This document shows positions 1 to 17,925 of a stretch of 64,000 nucleotides of DNA, piece by piece. This DNA comes from the human T2T-CHM13v2.0 reference genome, Homo sapiens. The position numbers and the translations under genes are program-made. Where the stretch lies: NCBI RefSeq assembly GCF_009914755.1, contig NC_060939.1, one strand, 5' to 3'. The notes beneath the pieces were generated by a model that was not told where the DNA came from, ran no database searches, and saw only the letters and a list, made by a program, of their open reading frames with translations. Every line of letters begins with the position of its first letter. The first letter of the stretch is position 1.

Positions 1-4505
<4,505 letters not shown>

Positions 4506-4858
4506 AAAAAATGATCTTGAGACTACAGTTTTGCAATAAATAAAACATATATATGTATTCACATACATATACATATATATAGTAAAAGCTTAGAAAATTA
4601 TCTGAAAATACCCACAAGAAGGACATTTTATAGATCAGCAGAAATAGTTTCTATTTTAATGTATGAAAGGCTTTGTTTCTCTGTATATAATTCTATGTTT
4701 AACTTCCAAGCCTTAGAATAATGCTAAGATTCAACTGTATCTATAAGCTGATGGTCACACCTTGCATTACAGATACTGCACAAGATCAGACTACAATTTA
4801 CTTGCACTGTAATTCCAGATGGACTTCAGAACCTTAAGATATTAACAACAGACATCAT

Positions 4859-4910
4859 CTTTGGCTAGAGAATAAAGAATTTTGGCAAGAATAAAGAATT
4901 TTGGCAAGAA
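4859..4910. repeat. 19-bp tandem repeat (gaataaagaattttggcaa) x ~2.5
   Basis: Exact copies at 4870-4888 and 4889-4907. Confidence 0.9.
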
Positions 4911-5591
4911 AAAAATCAAATAGTTACAGCCTCCTGTTATAAGAGCTGAAAATGAGCCATACATACATGGTACAGTTAGAACTAAGAAGGATGTTAAAAT
5001 CTCTGATTGAGCAGAGAGGAAAAGGCATCTTCATAGAGTAGAAATTATCAAGCCAAGTTCAAAATATTTCATATCTATTGATTCCTGTCCCTCCCTATCC
5101 TCATGTCAGTTACCTTCAATAACTATTCAGCTGCCCACAAGCTGTTACTCACCTCAAAAAAAATCAATGGGTGCCTAGTCCGGGAGGCCAGCAGATGGTC
5201 TCCCTCCACTATTAGATGGGGTTAAGAGATTGTTTGCCATTGTTTTAACTCTACGGGGCTAAAACAGCAGAACTCAAAGTCCTTGCAACACTGTCAAACT
5301 CACCTTCCCAAATACGCCCTACCAAATGGCAGTATAAAGTCTATTTACATATTGGTCTCCATTTAATCATTTTATCAGATTAATCATCTCTGTCTATTCT
5401 CTCCATAAAACAAACCAATAGAGGCACCGTGCATACTGAACAGTCCCAGTATGTCAGCTAGTCAGCCACTCCTGGTACCCCTATACACTTCTGTTTCCCC
5501 TGATAAGTGAGTTCCATGTTTACCAAGAGTCACTTGTGTTTGTTCCCAAACCTGTTTGTGCCTGTTGTACTTTGTGATCTGAATGGGGATT

Positions 5592-6092
5592 GTGATAGGC
5601 AGAAACATGCCTCCCAAAGATGTTCATATCCTAATACCCAGAATTTGTGAATACATTACGTTACATGGCAACGAGGACTTTGCAAATGTGGTTGAGGTTA
5701 AGGACCTTGAGATGGGAGATTTGCCTGGATTGTCCAGGTGGCCCAATCTAGGCACATGAATCCTTGAAAGTGAAAAGTCCTGTCCAGCTGTAGTCAGTCA
5801 GAGAGAAATGTGATGTGAATGGTTCAGAGAGTTTCTGGCTTTCAAGACATAGCAAGGGGGCCAGGAACCAAGGGATGTGGACAGTCTCTAGAAGGTGAAA
5901 AAGGCAAGGAAACCACCTCTCCTCTAGAGCTGCCAGAAAGGAATGCAAGAGCCTTGCTGACACCTTGATGTTAGCCCGGTCAGACCCATGTCAGACTTCT
6001 GACCTGCAGGCTGTGAAGTAATAAATTTATGTTGTTTTAAGCCACCATATATTTGTGGCAATTTGTTACAGCAACAACAGAAAATGAATTCA
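5592..6092 (+). mobile_element. MaLR solo LTR (MLT1C/D-like)
   Basis: tgtgataggcag...cccaaagatgttcatatcctaat start and gttttaagccac...ttgttacagcaac end typical of MLT1. Confidence 0.85.
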
Positions 6093-7509
6093 GGGATTAA
6101 ATACCTCATGCTCTCCATGCACACACATCCTCACCTCGGCCTTGCTGCAGCTGCTGTGGTTTTCTACGGGCGTTGAAGGAGAGCCTGTACACAGGTGGTC
6201 TGTCATGCTGTCCCCAGGGCCATGACAAGGATGCCCAAATCCTGCATGGTCAGAACTCAGTATGCAAGCAAGCGGGAATGCCAGTCTCCTGACAGCGTTT
6301 CAACAACAGATTTGCTAGGTCAAAGCCTACATACGTTTCTAAGGTGGGGAAGAACAGGGCTGAGAATGAAGTTACAAAGAATCGAAAGCATAAAAATAAG
6401 AGTCATCTTTTTAATTCCCCATACTTAGTGCCTATAAATGTGCAAAGAATTTGGGGGAGGCATGTGAGATAGTGAAGCAAGCACAATCTCCATAAATGGT
6501 CAGGACTGAGTTTAATTCCTTCCTTGAACAAATCACTTAACTTGATCGGCAAATGGGAATAAAAATGCCAGTTTCCGGAGTTGTCAAGATTATCAATAAT
6601 TCATGCAGTTCTCCAGGCACATAGGCATTCAGTACATCAGTCACTATTACTGTTACCCATCGCTTGCACCGTACGCTGCTTCTTAATTTTTGTTTCTTGG
6701 CCTCTAACACTACATTAGGCCTTACTCAGAAGGATAACACCTGCCACATTCAGGGCTTCAGTTTTTCATTCATGTATGTTGCCTATTTGATTTTTACAAT
6801 ACCCTGAGAGGTAGCAGAGTAAACTTTATTGTTTTATAGAGGTGGAAATTGAGGTGTGGGGTGGGTTAGACAGAGTGATTTGCAGGCTGATATTAAGTGG
6901 CAAAGAAAAAAAAAATCGAGAAGGCAAACCCTGACTCCTCCTCTAGTACTCGTTCTGCTGTCTCCCCACCTGCTGCCTATTGGTCCTGTCTCTGGTTTCC
7001 ATATGCAACATGATTCTATTTGTGCAGCTGCTCAGCAAGCTCCTCAGTGCTATTTTATCTGAGGCAGTGTTGAGACGTTCCTATTCCTACACTTGTCATA
7101 GTGACAGCCTTACACCTCACTGTACAGTATCTAAGAAGCTGTCTTTCCCTCAGTCATCCATTGCACAAGTCCTCCCACCTATATGGTGCAGAGGAAGCCC
7201 TGTGTCCAGGCTGGTAGACAGTGTCCAGGTTTGGACTTGTGGGCAATAGTGGTCAGAGTTGATGGGTTTAGTACAACTGCAGGGTCAGCCCTATAAAGAA
7301 GAGTGGCCATCACTCCAATCACTCCGTTGATCTATAGAATGGTCTGAGAGTAGATATGTTTATTGTTGCCTCAGTTTCCCCAAAGGGGATCACTTTTCAG
7401 GATGTCATTAGAAATATGGTCCAAAGGCATATGGCACAAGGTTTGATGGCTACCTTTTGCCTCTCTGAATGGCAGCAGTCTCCTTGTTTCATAACTTCAG
7501 CACTGTGAG

Positions 7510-7577
7510 ATACATATACATATACACATATATACACATATACATATACATATACATGTACATGTACATGTACATAT
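7510..7577. repeat. (TACA/TATACA)n microsatellite
   Basis: Visible simple repeat. Confidence 0.9.
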
Positions 7578-8041
7578 TCTTGGTTGTCACATCCATGGGA
7601 GGTGCTACTGGCATCTAGTGGGTAAAAGCCATGGATGCTGCTAAACATCTTATGATACATGAAACAGCCCCACAACAAAGAATTATCCAGCCCAAGATGT
7701 CAATAGTGCTGAGGCTAGCCAGACACAGCCGCCCATGCCTGTAATCCCAGCCCTTTGAGAGGCTAAGGCAGGAGGATCACTTGAGCCCAGGAGTTCAAGA
7801 GCAGCCTGGGCAACATAGTGAGATCCCATCTCTACAAAAAGATTTTATTTTTAATTAGGCGGGGTGGTGGTGGCACCTTTAGTCCTAACTACTCAGGAGG
7901 CTGAGGGGGGAGGGTTGCTTGAACCCAGGAGGTCAAGACTGCAATGAGCCATGATCACACCACTGCACTCCAGCCTGTATGATAGAGCAACACTCTGTCT
8001 CAAAAAAAAAAAAAAAAAAGTGCTGAGTTTGAGAAAGCCTG
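7578..8041 (+). mobile_element. MER20 (hAT) interrupted by an AluJ-like element (~7713-8019, +)
   Basis: gctactggcatctagtggg...gatgctgctaaacatc MER20 core; agtgctgag duplicated on both sides of the Alu. Confidence 0.85.
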
Positions 8042-8228
8042 ACCTATAAGGTTCAGTCTCAATATTGACAACCCACTGACCTTGCCTTATTTCTTTATCT
8101 TCTTTCTTTTCCGCTACATTTCTGAAAAACTGACCTGAGGTTTCAGTAACACACCATTGCTAATAATTATCACAACAGTTACCATTTATTGAGCACTTAC
8201 CATGTGCCAGATATCAACCCTTTAATTA

Positions 8229-8648
<420 letters not shown>

Positions 8649-10801
8649 GGTATATAACTTGCTAAGTATTACCCAAGTAGAAGAAGGCAGAGTTGGGATT
8701 CAAATTTAGGCAAGAATTGATTTTAGAGCTACTGTTCTTAATAGCCATGCTATACAATTACATGCATAATTTCTCTAGCCTTCTTTTGTCTCTGTAAAAT
8801 TACTTACTGTTTTCCAAACTTACTAATTCATATACCACCCTAATTACTTTTTTTAGATTACATGCTCTCAATGTAACTTGCTTAATGTTTGTCTTTAAAC
8901 CTATTCATTCTTTCTTCATAGCCTCATTCTAAGCAATGATATCTATGAAAATATACATGAGGCAGACACTGTCAAGTGACCACTCCAAAGCCCTTCAAAG
9001 CTCCCTTTTTCTCCTTGGGTTGAACCCAGAAAACTTTAACAATATTTAATTTCTAGGACACTAATGTCACAGAGCTGCTGTACCAGCCTCAGACTATAGG
9101 GGTGGATACGGGTTTTCTAAGTTCTAAAGTTTATGCAGTTTGGGGAACCTCAACAAAAGAATCTAAGATTAGGAAAGCAATATTATTAGGCCCTCCCCAG
9201 GGCCTTGAAAGGAGCCCATGCAGGTGTGTGGTCCTGGAGCTTATTGCTTTATTAAATTCATGGGAAACTGCCTTTGCTATAATTCCCTGTTATGTAAAAA
9301 ACACTCCTGTCCCTATGTGTTTAGGCCACTGTTCTCTGGGTTTTCTTTTACACAGACCTAAATGCAATTCTGATTGACACAATGGGTTGGTTATGATTTT
9401 TCCTAGTAGACAGTAAAATAAGCACATCATTAAAACAAAAATCTACTTGGTTGTGTACTGGCTGTACTACCTGGATATGGTTTCCTATACCACTGGGAAT
9501 AATTCAGTTCTCTTTGGGAAATACCAGCCCATATGCTTGCTGGTGCCCCTTCTCATGTTCTCTGCTCTGGTAAAAGCAGCCTCAAGTGGAAACTCCAGCA
9601 AGGGCGCATGAGAGATTTAATCTAAGACCTCAAAACAATTAGAACCAGAAACAGATACATACGCACCATCCTGAGCCTCCAAAGTACCACCCACATGAAG
9701 ATGGAGGCTAGTGGAGAAGTGGTCAAAGGCTCAGCAACCAGGAGGAAGGTGAGAGGACGGATATGGTGCGCCATCACATGATCTGAATTTCTTCAAAAAG
9801 TCAGGAACTGGAAACACCAGATAGTGCAGAGGAGAGTGAAAATAGGAGGATTGCTTTAAATTCTGCATAAATGGTTAGCCTCGTTGCCAGTTCTTCATCA
9901 CCCCAAAAGCTCTTTATATGGCTAAACTATCAACCAAGTGTGAAGGTAAAATAAAGACCTGTTTAAGTCACGTAAGGCCTCAAAGCATGTGTCCTCTGAT
10001 CACAGCTATATATTCATATAAAACTCTACATAAGCATAAACGAAAATTTTTAATTGTTGAAAAGATACACAAAAATCTCAATTTACTTTCAAGACTCGTC
10101 ATCTCAGAAAGCTGCTGGAGAATGGCCTGAGGCTTTTGAAACCAAATCCAATGAAGAAATGCGAAAATTTCCAACAGAGGAAAAAAGATCATTGGTTAAT
10201 AGCCCCAAAATATTTTTGCAGCTACACACCACTGCCCAACACTCCCTCCTCTCCCCAGTCCTAACATTAACAGCACAAGATGAATCTTCTTACCTCTTCC
10301 ACTCCTCTGGTTACACAAGTTACAGCATAAAGGCAAAGATAAAACAACTAGAAGTGAAATGGGCATCGGTGTTAGCGATCACAGAGGTAGAGTCAGCAGT
10401 TTGATCTAATCAATTTCAAGATGATTTCTTCTCAAATCTAAGAGATTTGGGGCAAAAATATTATAGGAACAAGGAAACAATGGTTTTGTTATGAAATGTA
10501 GGAATTTGATTAACTGAACTGTTAAAGTCAAACTGATTCATTGATATTTGACCTAGAAATAAATCTTTTTTATTATAACTCATTTTAACTTAGCAGACTG
10601 ACCAGTTTTAGGAGCAAACAGTGAAGTGCTACTTTTTAGTTTTTGTTCACATTGTATCAGTTGCCTTTTAACTAGCTACTAAAAGTTAATTACCACATCT
10701 AGGTTAGTAATCAAAACTTTAAACAGTAAAATAATCACCTTCCCCAAACTATGATGGCATTCTCATGTTTACTACACATTCCTTTAAAATTTACCTTTGA
10801 A

Positions 10802-12894
10802 TCACATTCACAATTGCCACAAAAAGAATAAAATACCTAGGAATACAGCTAACCAGGGAGGCGAAAGATCTCTACAAGAATTACAAAACACTGCTCAAAG
10901 AAATCAGAGATGACACAAACAAATGGAAAAACATCCCATGCTCATGGCTGGAAAGAATTAAGATCATTACAATGGCCAAACTGCCCAAAGCAATTTACAG
11001 ATTCAATGCTATTCCTATCAAACTACCAATGACATTCTTCACAGAATTAGAAAAAACTATTTTAAAAATCACTTGGGGCCGGCCGGGCACAGTGGCTCAC
11101 GCCTGTAATCCCAGCACTTTGGGAGGTCAAGGCGGGAGGATCACTTGAGGTCAGGAGTTTGAGACTAGCCTGGCCAACATTGTGAAACCTCGTCTCTACT
11201 AAAAATACAAAAATTAGCTGGGTATGGTGGCACGCACCTGTAATCCCAGCTACTCAGGAGACTTGAGGCAGAAGAATCACTTGAACTTGGGATGCGGAGG
11301 CTGCAGTGACCTGAGATTGACTGCTGTGCTCCAGCCTGGGTGACAGAGTGAGACCCTGTCTCAAAAAAATAAATCAAAATCACTTGGAACCAAAAAAGAA
11401 CCCAAATAGCCAAGGCAACTCTGAGCAAAAAGAACAAAGCTGGAGGCATCACGTTACCTGACTTCAAATTATACTACAATGCTACAGTAACCAAAACAGC
11501 ATGGTACTGGTACCAAGACAGACACACAGACCAATGGAACAGAATAAAGAGCCCAGAAATAAGGCCACACACCTACAACCATCTGATCTTTGACAAAGCT
11601 GATGAAAGTAATGGGGAAAAGACTCCCTGTGCAATAAATGATGCTGAGATTACTGGCTAGCCATCTGCCAAAGATTGAAACTGGACCCCTTTTTTATACC
11701 ATATACAAAAATCAACTCAAGATGGATTAAAGACTGAAATGTAAAAACTAAGACTATAAAAACCCTGGAAGACAACTTAGGCAATACCATTCTGGAGATA
11801 GGACCTGGCAAAGATTTCATGATGAAGACACCAAAAGCAATTGCAATAGAAACAAAAATTGACAAACAGGACCTAAATAAATTAAAGAGCTTCTATACAG
11901 CAAAACAAACTATCCACAGAATAAACAGTCTACAAAATAAGAGAAAATTTTTGCAATCTATCTATCTGACAAAGGTCTAATATCCAGCATCTATAAGGAA
12001 CTTAAACAAACTTACAAGCAAAAAAATGAACAACCCCCAAGGTAAGCAAAGGACATGAACAGACTTTTCAAAAGCAGACATACATGTGGCCAAGAAGCAT
12101 ATGAAAAAATCCTCAATATCACTAATCATTAGATAAATGCAAATCAAAACAACAATAAGATACCAACTCATGCCAGTCAAAAAGGGTGTTACTAAAAAGT
12201 CAAAAAATAAGAGATGCTGGCAAAGTTGTGGAGAAAAGGGAATGCTTATACGGTGCTAACTGCACTGTAAATTAGTTCAGCCATTGTGGAAAGTAGTGTG
12301 GTGATTCTTCAAAAAACTTAAAATAGAATTACCATTCAATCCAGTAATCCCATTATTGGGTATACACCCAAAGAAAAACAAATTATTCTACCATAATGAC
12401 ACATGCACATGTGTGTTCACTGCAACACTATTCACAACTGCAAAGACATGAAATCAACCTAAATGCCCATCGACAGTAGACTGTATAAATAAAATGTGGT
12501 ACATATACACCATGAAATAGTATGCAGCCATAAAAGAAAAAGATCATGTCCTTTTCAGCAACAGGGATGGAGCTGGAGGTCATTATTTTAAGCAAACTAA
12601 TGCAGGAACAGAAAACCAAATACCACATGTTCTCATTTTTAAGTGGCAGCTACATGATAAGAACACATGGACACACAGAGGGGAACAACAGACACTGGTG
12701 CCTGGGCCTACTTGATGGGGGAGGGTGGAAGGAGGGAGAGGATCAGAAAAAATACCTATTGGATACTATGCTTATTACCTGGGTGACAAAACAATCTGTA
12801 CACCAAACACCCATGACATGCAGTTTACCTATATAACACACCTGCATATGTACCTCTGAACCTAAAATAAAAGTTCAAAAGAAAACAAAGTATT
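10802..12894 (+). mobile_element. 5'-truncated older L1PA with 15-bp TSD, interrupted by an Alu
   Basis: ORF2 3' part and 3'UTR; TSD aaatttacctttgaa (10787-10801) / aaattcacctttgaa (12895-12909). Confidence 0.93.
11077..11375 (+). mobile_element. AluS inside L1
   Basis: TSD aaaatcacttgg at 11065-11076 and 11376-11387. Confidence 0.95.
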
Positions 12895-13669
12895 AAATTC
12901 ACCTTTGAAGTAAGTTCATTATTTCCCATTTCTTACCTATGTTGTGATGAAGTCAAGACACCTGTATTCTGAATGCAGCTCTACCATCTACCACTATGGG
13001 TAAATACCATGGACTTCAATCTTCTCATCTGTAAAATAATGTCTTTACACAAGATGATTTCCAATGTTCCTTTCAACTCCAATATTCTATGATAAACTCC
13101 TTGCATAAAAATTCCAAAATAGTCCAGAGCTAAGGTACTTTGTACTAGAAGTGAATGAAATGCAGACTATGAGGAGTTAGGCAAGAGAAGCATTAGTGCT
13201 GAAAAGCCTGCTCTTTCCCCCTAAAGTATGCATTCAATCTTTCCAGGCTGAGAGAAGTTCTATTGCAGGAGGCAGTTAGTGGAGAGACATTAGAAAGACC
13301 CAGAGAGAGACAGCTGTCTGCCTCACTGAAGATTTGAAACCACGCAATCATTTATTACACAGCAACTCCAATCTGGCGAAATTTTTGTCTAGAGAAACCT
13401 CAAGCCTTGTTAAAAGAATTAAATCCCTGTTCTGAGTTTTTTGCATCTTACTCACAGAGCCTGAAAAACAGAATAATTTAGGTTGATTTCTTTTAGTGTC
13501 TACCCAGAGCTTGGTTTTGCCATCACCTTGGTCCTCTTCTATCTACCCTTCTCCTGATGTCTTGTGGCAACAAACTCAGAAACAGTGTCTCCCATCATCC
13601 ACTTAATGGACTGTTTACTGTTGAGCCCAGACAGGAGGTGTTTCCTAACTTTCTCCTTAGAAAATGTTT

Positions 13670-16575
13670 TCACTGATACCACAGAAATACGAAGGATCGT
13701 AAGAAATCACCACATACAATTTTATGCTAACAAATTGGATCATCTAGAAGAAATAAATTCCTAGACACATACAACATACAAAGACTGAATTCTGAAGAAA
13801 CAGAAAATCTGAACAGATTAATAATGAGTAAGAAGATTGAATCAATAATAAAAAGTCTACCCAAGAAAAGCCCAGGACCTGATGGTTTCACTGCTGAATT
13901 TTACCTAACACTTAAAGAACTAATTCCAATTCTTCTCAAATTCTTCCAAAAAACTGAAGTGGTGGGAATACTTTCAAACTCATTCTAGGAGGCCAGCATT
14001 ATCCTGATACTAAAGCCAGACAAAGACTCTACAAGAAAATTATAGACCAATGATGAACAGAGGTGCAAAAATTATAGACCATGGTGAACAGAGGTGCAAA
14101 ACCGCTCGACAAAATGTTAGCAGACCTAACTCCACAACATTAAAAGAATAATTGTCATAATCAAGTGAGATTTCTCCCAGGAAAAAATGATGGTTCAGTA
14201 AATGCAAGTCAATGAAAGTAATATACCACGTTAACAGAATGAAGGATAAAAATCACATGATCATCCAAACAGAAGCAGAAATAGTGGTTGACAAAATTCA
14301 CCATCCTTTCATAACAAAAATTCTCAACACATTAGCTATAGAAGGACATAATAAAGGACATATACGACAAACTCATAGCTAACGTCATACTCAATGGTGA
14401 AAAACCGAAAGCTTTTACTCTAAGATGAAGGGCAAGGCAAAGATGTTCACTCTCACCACTTCTATTCAGCATAGTACTGGGAGTCCTAGACAGATAAATT
14501 AGGCAAGATTTTTTTATTAAGGCACCCTAATAGGAAAGGAAGAAGTTAAATTGTTTATGTTTGCTGATGGCATGATGTTATATATGGAAAACCCCAAATA
14601 CCTTAGATATTCCCAAAAACTGTTAGAACTGATAAAAATTCAGTAAAGTTGCAGGATACAAAAATCAACATACAACAATCAGTACTGTTACTGTATAGAA
14701 ATAAACTATCTGGAAAAAAAGAAAAAAGAAAATCAAGATAATTCTATTTATAACAGTAACAAAAAAATTTCAATACTTGGGTGTAAATTTAACTAAGGAG
14801 GTAAAAAACCTGTACACTGAAAACTATAAAATACTGATTAAAGAAACTGAAGAAAACACAAGTAAGTGGAAAGATATTCCATACTGATAGATTGAAAGAA
14901 TTAATATTGTTAGAATGTCCACACTACCCAAAGCAATCTACAGTTTTAACACAAAATTCCCATCAAAATTCCAATGTCATTTTCCACAGAAATAGAAAAA
15001 ACAATCCTTAAATGTGTATGGAACCACAAAAGACCACAAATAGCCAAAACAATCTTGAGCAAAAAGAAAAAAAGCTGGAGGCATCTCACTACCTGATCTC
15101 AAAATATATTATAAACCAATTGTAATCAAAACAGCATGGTATCACATAAAAACAGACACATCTACAAATGGAACAGGATGGAAAAGCCCAGCCCAGAAAT
15201 AAACCCACACATTTGTGGTCAACTGATTTTCAACAAAGTTGCCAAGAATATACAATGGGGAAAGGAGAGTCTCTTCAATAAATGTGATATTGGGAAAAGT
15301 GGATATGAAATTAGATCCTTGTCTCACATCATATACAAAAATAACTCAAAATAGATTAAAAACTTAAATGTAAGATCTGAAACTGTAAAACAGCTAGAAG
15401 CAAACACAGGAAAAAAGCTCTACATCATTGGTCTGGGAAACAGCTTTTTTCTATATAACCCTGAAAGAACAGGTTACTAAAGTAAAATCAAGCAAAGGTA
15501 ATTGCATCAAACTAAAAAGCTTCCGCAAACAAAGGAAAAAACAGAGTAAAGAGACAGCCCACAGAATAAGAGAAAATATTTTCAAAACATGCATCTGACA
15601 AGGGGTTAATATACAAAATATATACAGAACTCAAGAACTCAAACTATTCAATAACAAGAAAAAACCAGGTTTTTTTTGGCTTTTTTTGTTTGTTTGTTTT
15701 TTCAGACAGAGTCTCGCTCTGTCACCCAGGCTGGAGTGTAGTGGCGTGATCGGCTCACTGCAAGCTCCGCCTCCAGGGTTCACGCCATTCTCCTGCCTCA
15801 GCCTCCAGTGTAGCTGGGACTACAGGCGCCCGCAACCACGCCCGGCTAAATTTTTGTATTTTTAGTAGAGACGGGGTTTCACCATGTTAGCCAGGATTGT
15901 CTCCATCTCCTGACCTCGTGATCCACCGTCTCAGCTTCCCAAAGTGCTGGGATTACAGGCATGAGCCACCGCACCCAGCCAACAACCACATTTTTTTAAT
16001 GGGCAAAGAACCTGAGCAAACATTTCTCAAAAGACAACATACAAAAGGCCAACAGACATGAAAAAATACACAAAATCACTAATGATTAGAGAAATTAAAA
16101 CCCCAGTGAGATTTCATCTCACACCTGTTAGAATGCCTTTTATCAAAAAGATGGAAGATACATGTTGTTGAGGATGTAGAAAAAGGGGAACTGTTGTACA
16201 TTGTTAGTAGGAATGTGAATTATATAGCAACTCATAGAGAGTAGAGTCATGGTTGCCAGAGGCTGTGTGGTGAGGTGAGGGAGGGGATGGGGAGTTGCTG
16301 GTCAGAGAATACAAAGTTTGATAGAAGGAATAAGTATTGAGATCTATTGCACCGCAAGGTGACTATAGTTAATAATAACGTATTACATATTTCAAAATAA
16401 CCAAGAGAGTAAATTTCAAATATCTCACCATAAAAATGACAGGCAAAGGAGATGATGGACATATTAATTATTAATAGCTTGATTTAATCATTCCACATTG
16501 CATATATCAAAACATCACATTGCATCCCCATAAACGCATACAATTATAGTTTTTTAATATTAATTTTTTATAAAA
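13670..16575 (+). mobile_element. Old L1 (L1MA-like 3' end), degenerate ORF2 with an internal deletion near 16225
   Basis: RT-region similarity to the L1 at 1-4505 (e.g. tttgctgatggcatg); L1MA-type 3'UTR. Confidence 0.88.
15669..15980 (-). mobile_element. AluY-like element inside L1
   Basis: ctgcaagctccgcctcc, ttcacgccattctcc and acctcgtgatcc diagnostic positions. Confidence 0.93.
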
Positions 16576-17377
16576 GAAAGGGCTGTTTTGTTGCAATTAG
16601 CCTTTGCTTTGAACAGATAAAGTACACCCTTCTTAGGATGCTTCTGCGGGCTTCCAGAAGAACCTCTGCTTATTCAGTGCCTCTGTCCTAAGTGACACAC
16701 CCCAACCCAACTCCCCCTCAACTCTCCACTCTTTTCTCATTCTACCAGCTCTGTTTCCTGTTTATAGTATTACTTTACCTTCCAGACCACTTCTCCAGCT
16801 CCAAGACCCTGTTTCAGCTCTGGACTATGATTTGGCACTCAGTTCCTAGTTAGGATGCCTCTTGCCACTCTCAGTAAATATGCTGTTCAATTCAGCCTGG
16901 CCCATAAGTGGCCTGCAGGTCCTTGTGGCCAAGGTCCCCACCCTGTGGCCAAGGCCTGCCCACAAGCAGAATCTATGCCACTGAGAATCCAGTCAAGCAG
17001 GGAAAGTCCCTACAGCAGCTCCATAAAGCTGCAGACTTTGTGAAGGAGGAAATCTGAACCCCGATCCAGAACAAATGCCTGAGACAGCAACGTCCTGTCC
17101 CCTGTCTGTGCTGTTGGTGCGATACCTGATGATAACCAACTCTTGGTCTTGAGGAAAGGGAGAGAGTCATGAATAGTGTTTCATCTTAAACAGCTCCCCA
17201 AGGCCCACAATAATGGTTACTACAAACAAATGCCCATTTTTGGATGAGTGATGGAACACTGGTTTCCCCTATGGCAAATGGCCAGTGATTGAAAAAAGGA
17301 ATCCTAAATTATATTGTATGCAGCCTTACCAATGGAAAACCAAATGAGAGTCCTCAAAAAAAAAATAAAAATTTGTT

Positions 17378-17925
17378 TGTTTTTTTTTTTAACCCAGCCA
17401 TCCCATTACTGGGCATATACCCAAAGGATTGTAAAACACGCTGCTATAAAGACACATGCACACGTATGTTTATTGCGGCACTATTCACAATAGCAAAGAC
17501 TCGGAACCAACCCAAATGTCCAACAATGATAGACTGGATTAAGAAAATGTGGCACATATGCACCATGGAATACTATGCAGCCAAAAAAAATGATGAGTTC
17601 ATGTCCTTTGTAGGGACATGGATGAAGCTGGAAACCATAACTCTCAACAAACTATCGCAAGGACAGAAAACCAAACACCGCCATGTTCTCACTCATAGGT
17701 GGGAATTGAACAATGAGGACACATGGACTCAGGAAGGGGTACATCACACACTGGGGCCTGTCGTGGGATGGGGGGAGGGGGGAGGGATAGCATTAGGAGA
17801 TACACCTAATGTAAATGACGAGTTAATGGGTGCAGCACACCAACATGGCACATGTATACATATGTAACAAACCTGCACATTGTGCACATGTACCCTAAAA
17901 CTTAAAATATAATAAAAAAAAAAAG
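17378..17925 (+). mobile_element. Short 5'-truncated young L1PA 3' end
   Basis: Close match to 3968-4500; TSD aaatttgtt at 17369-17377 and 17926-17934. Confidence 0.95.

Noticed and set aside
17289-17867. 192-aa ORF
   Set aside because: Chance fusion of flanking DNA with the L1 ORF2 C-terminus and 3'UTR; starts at TTG
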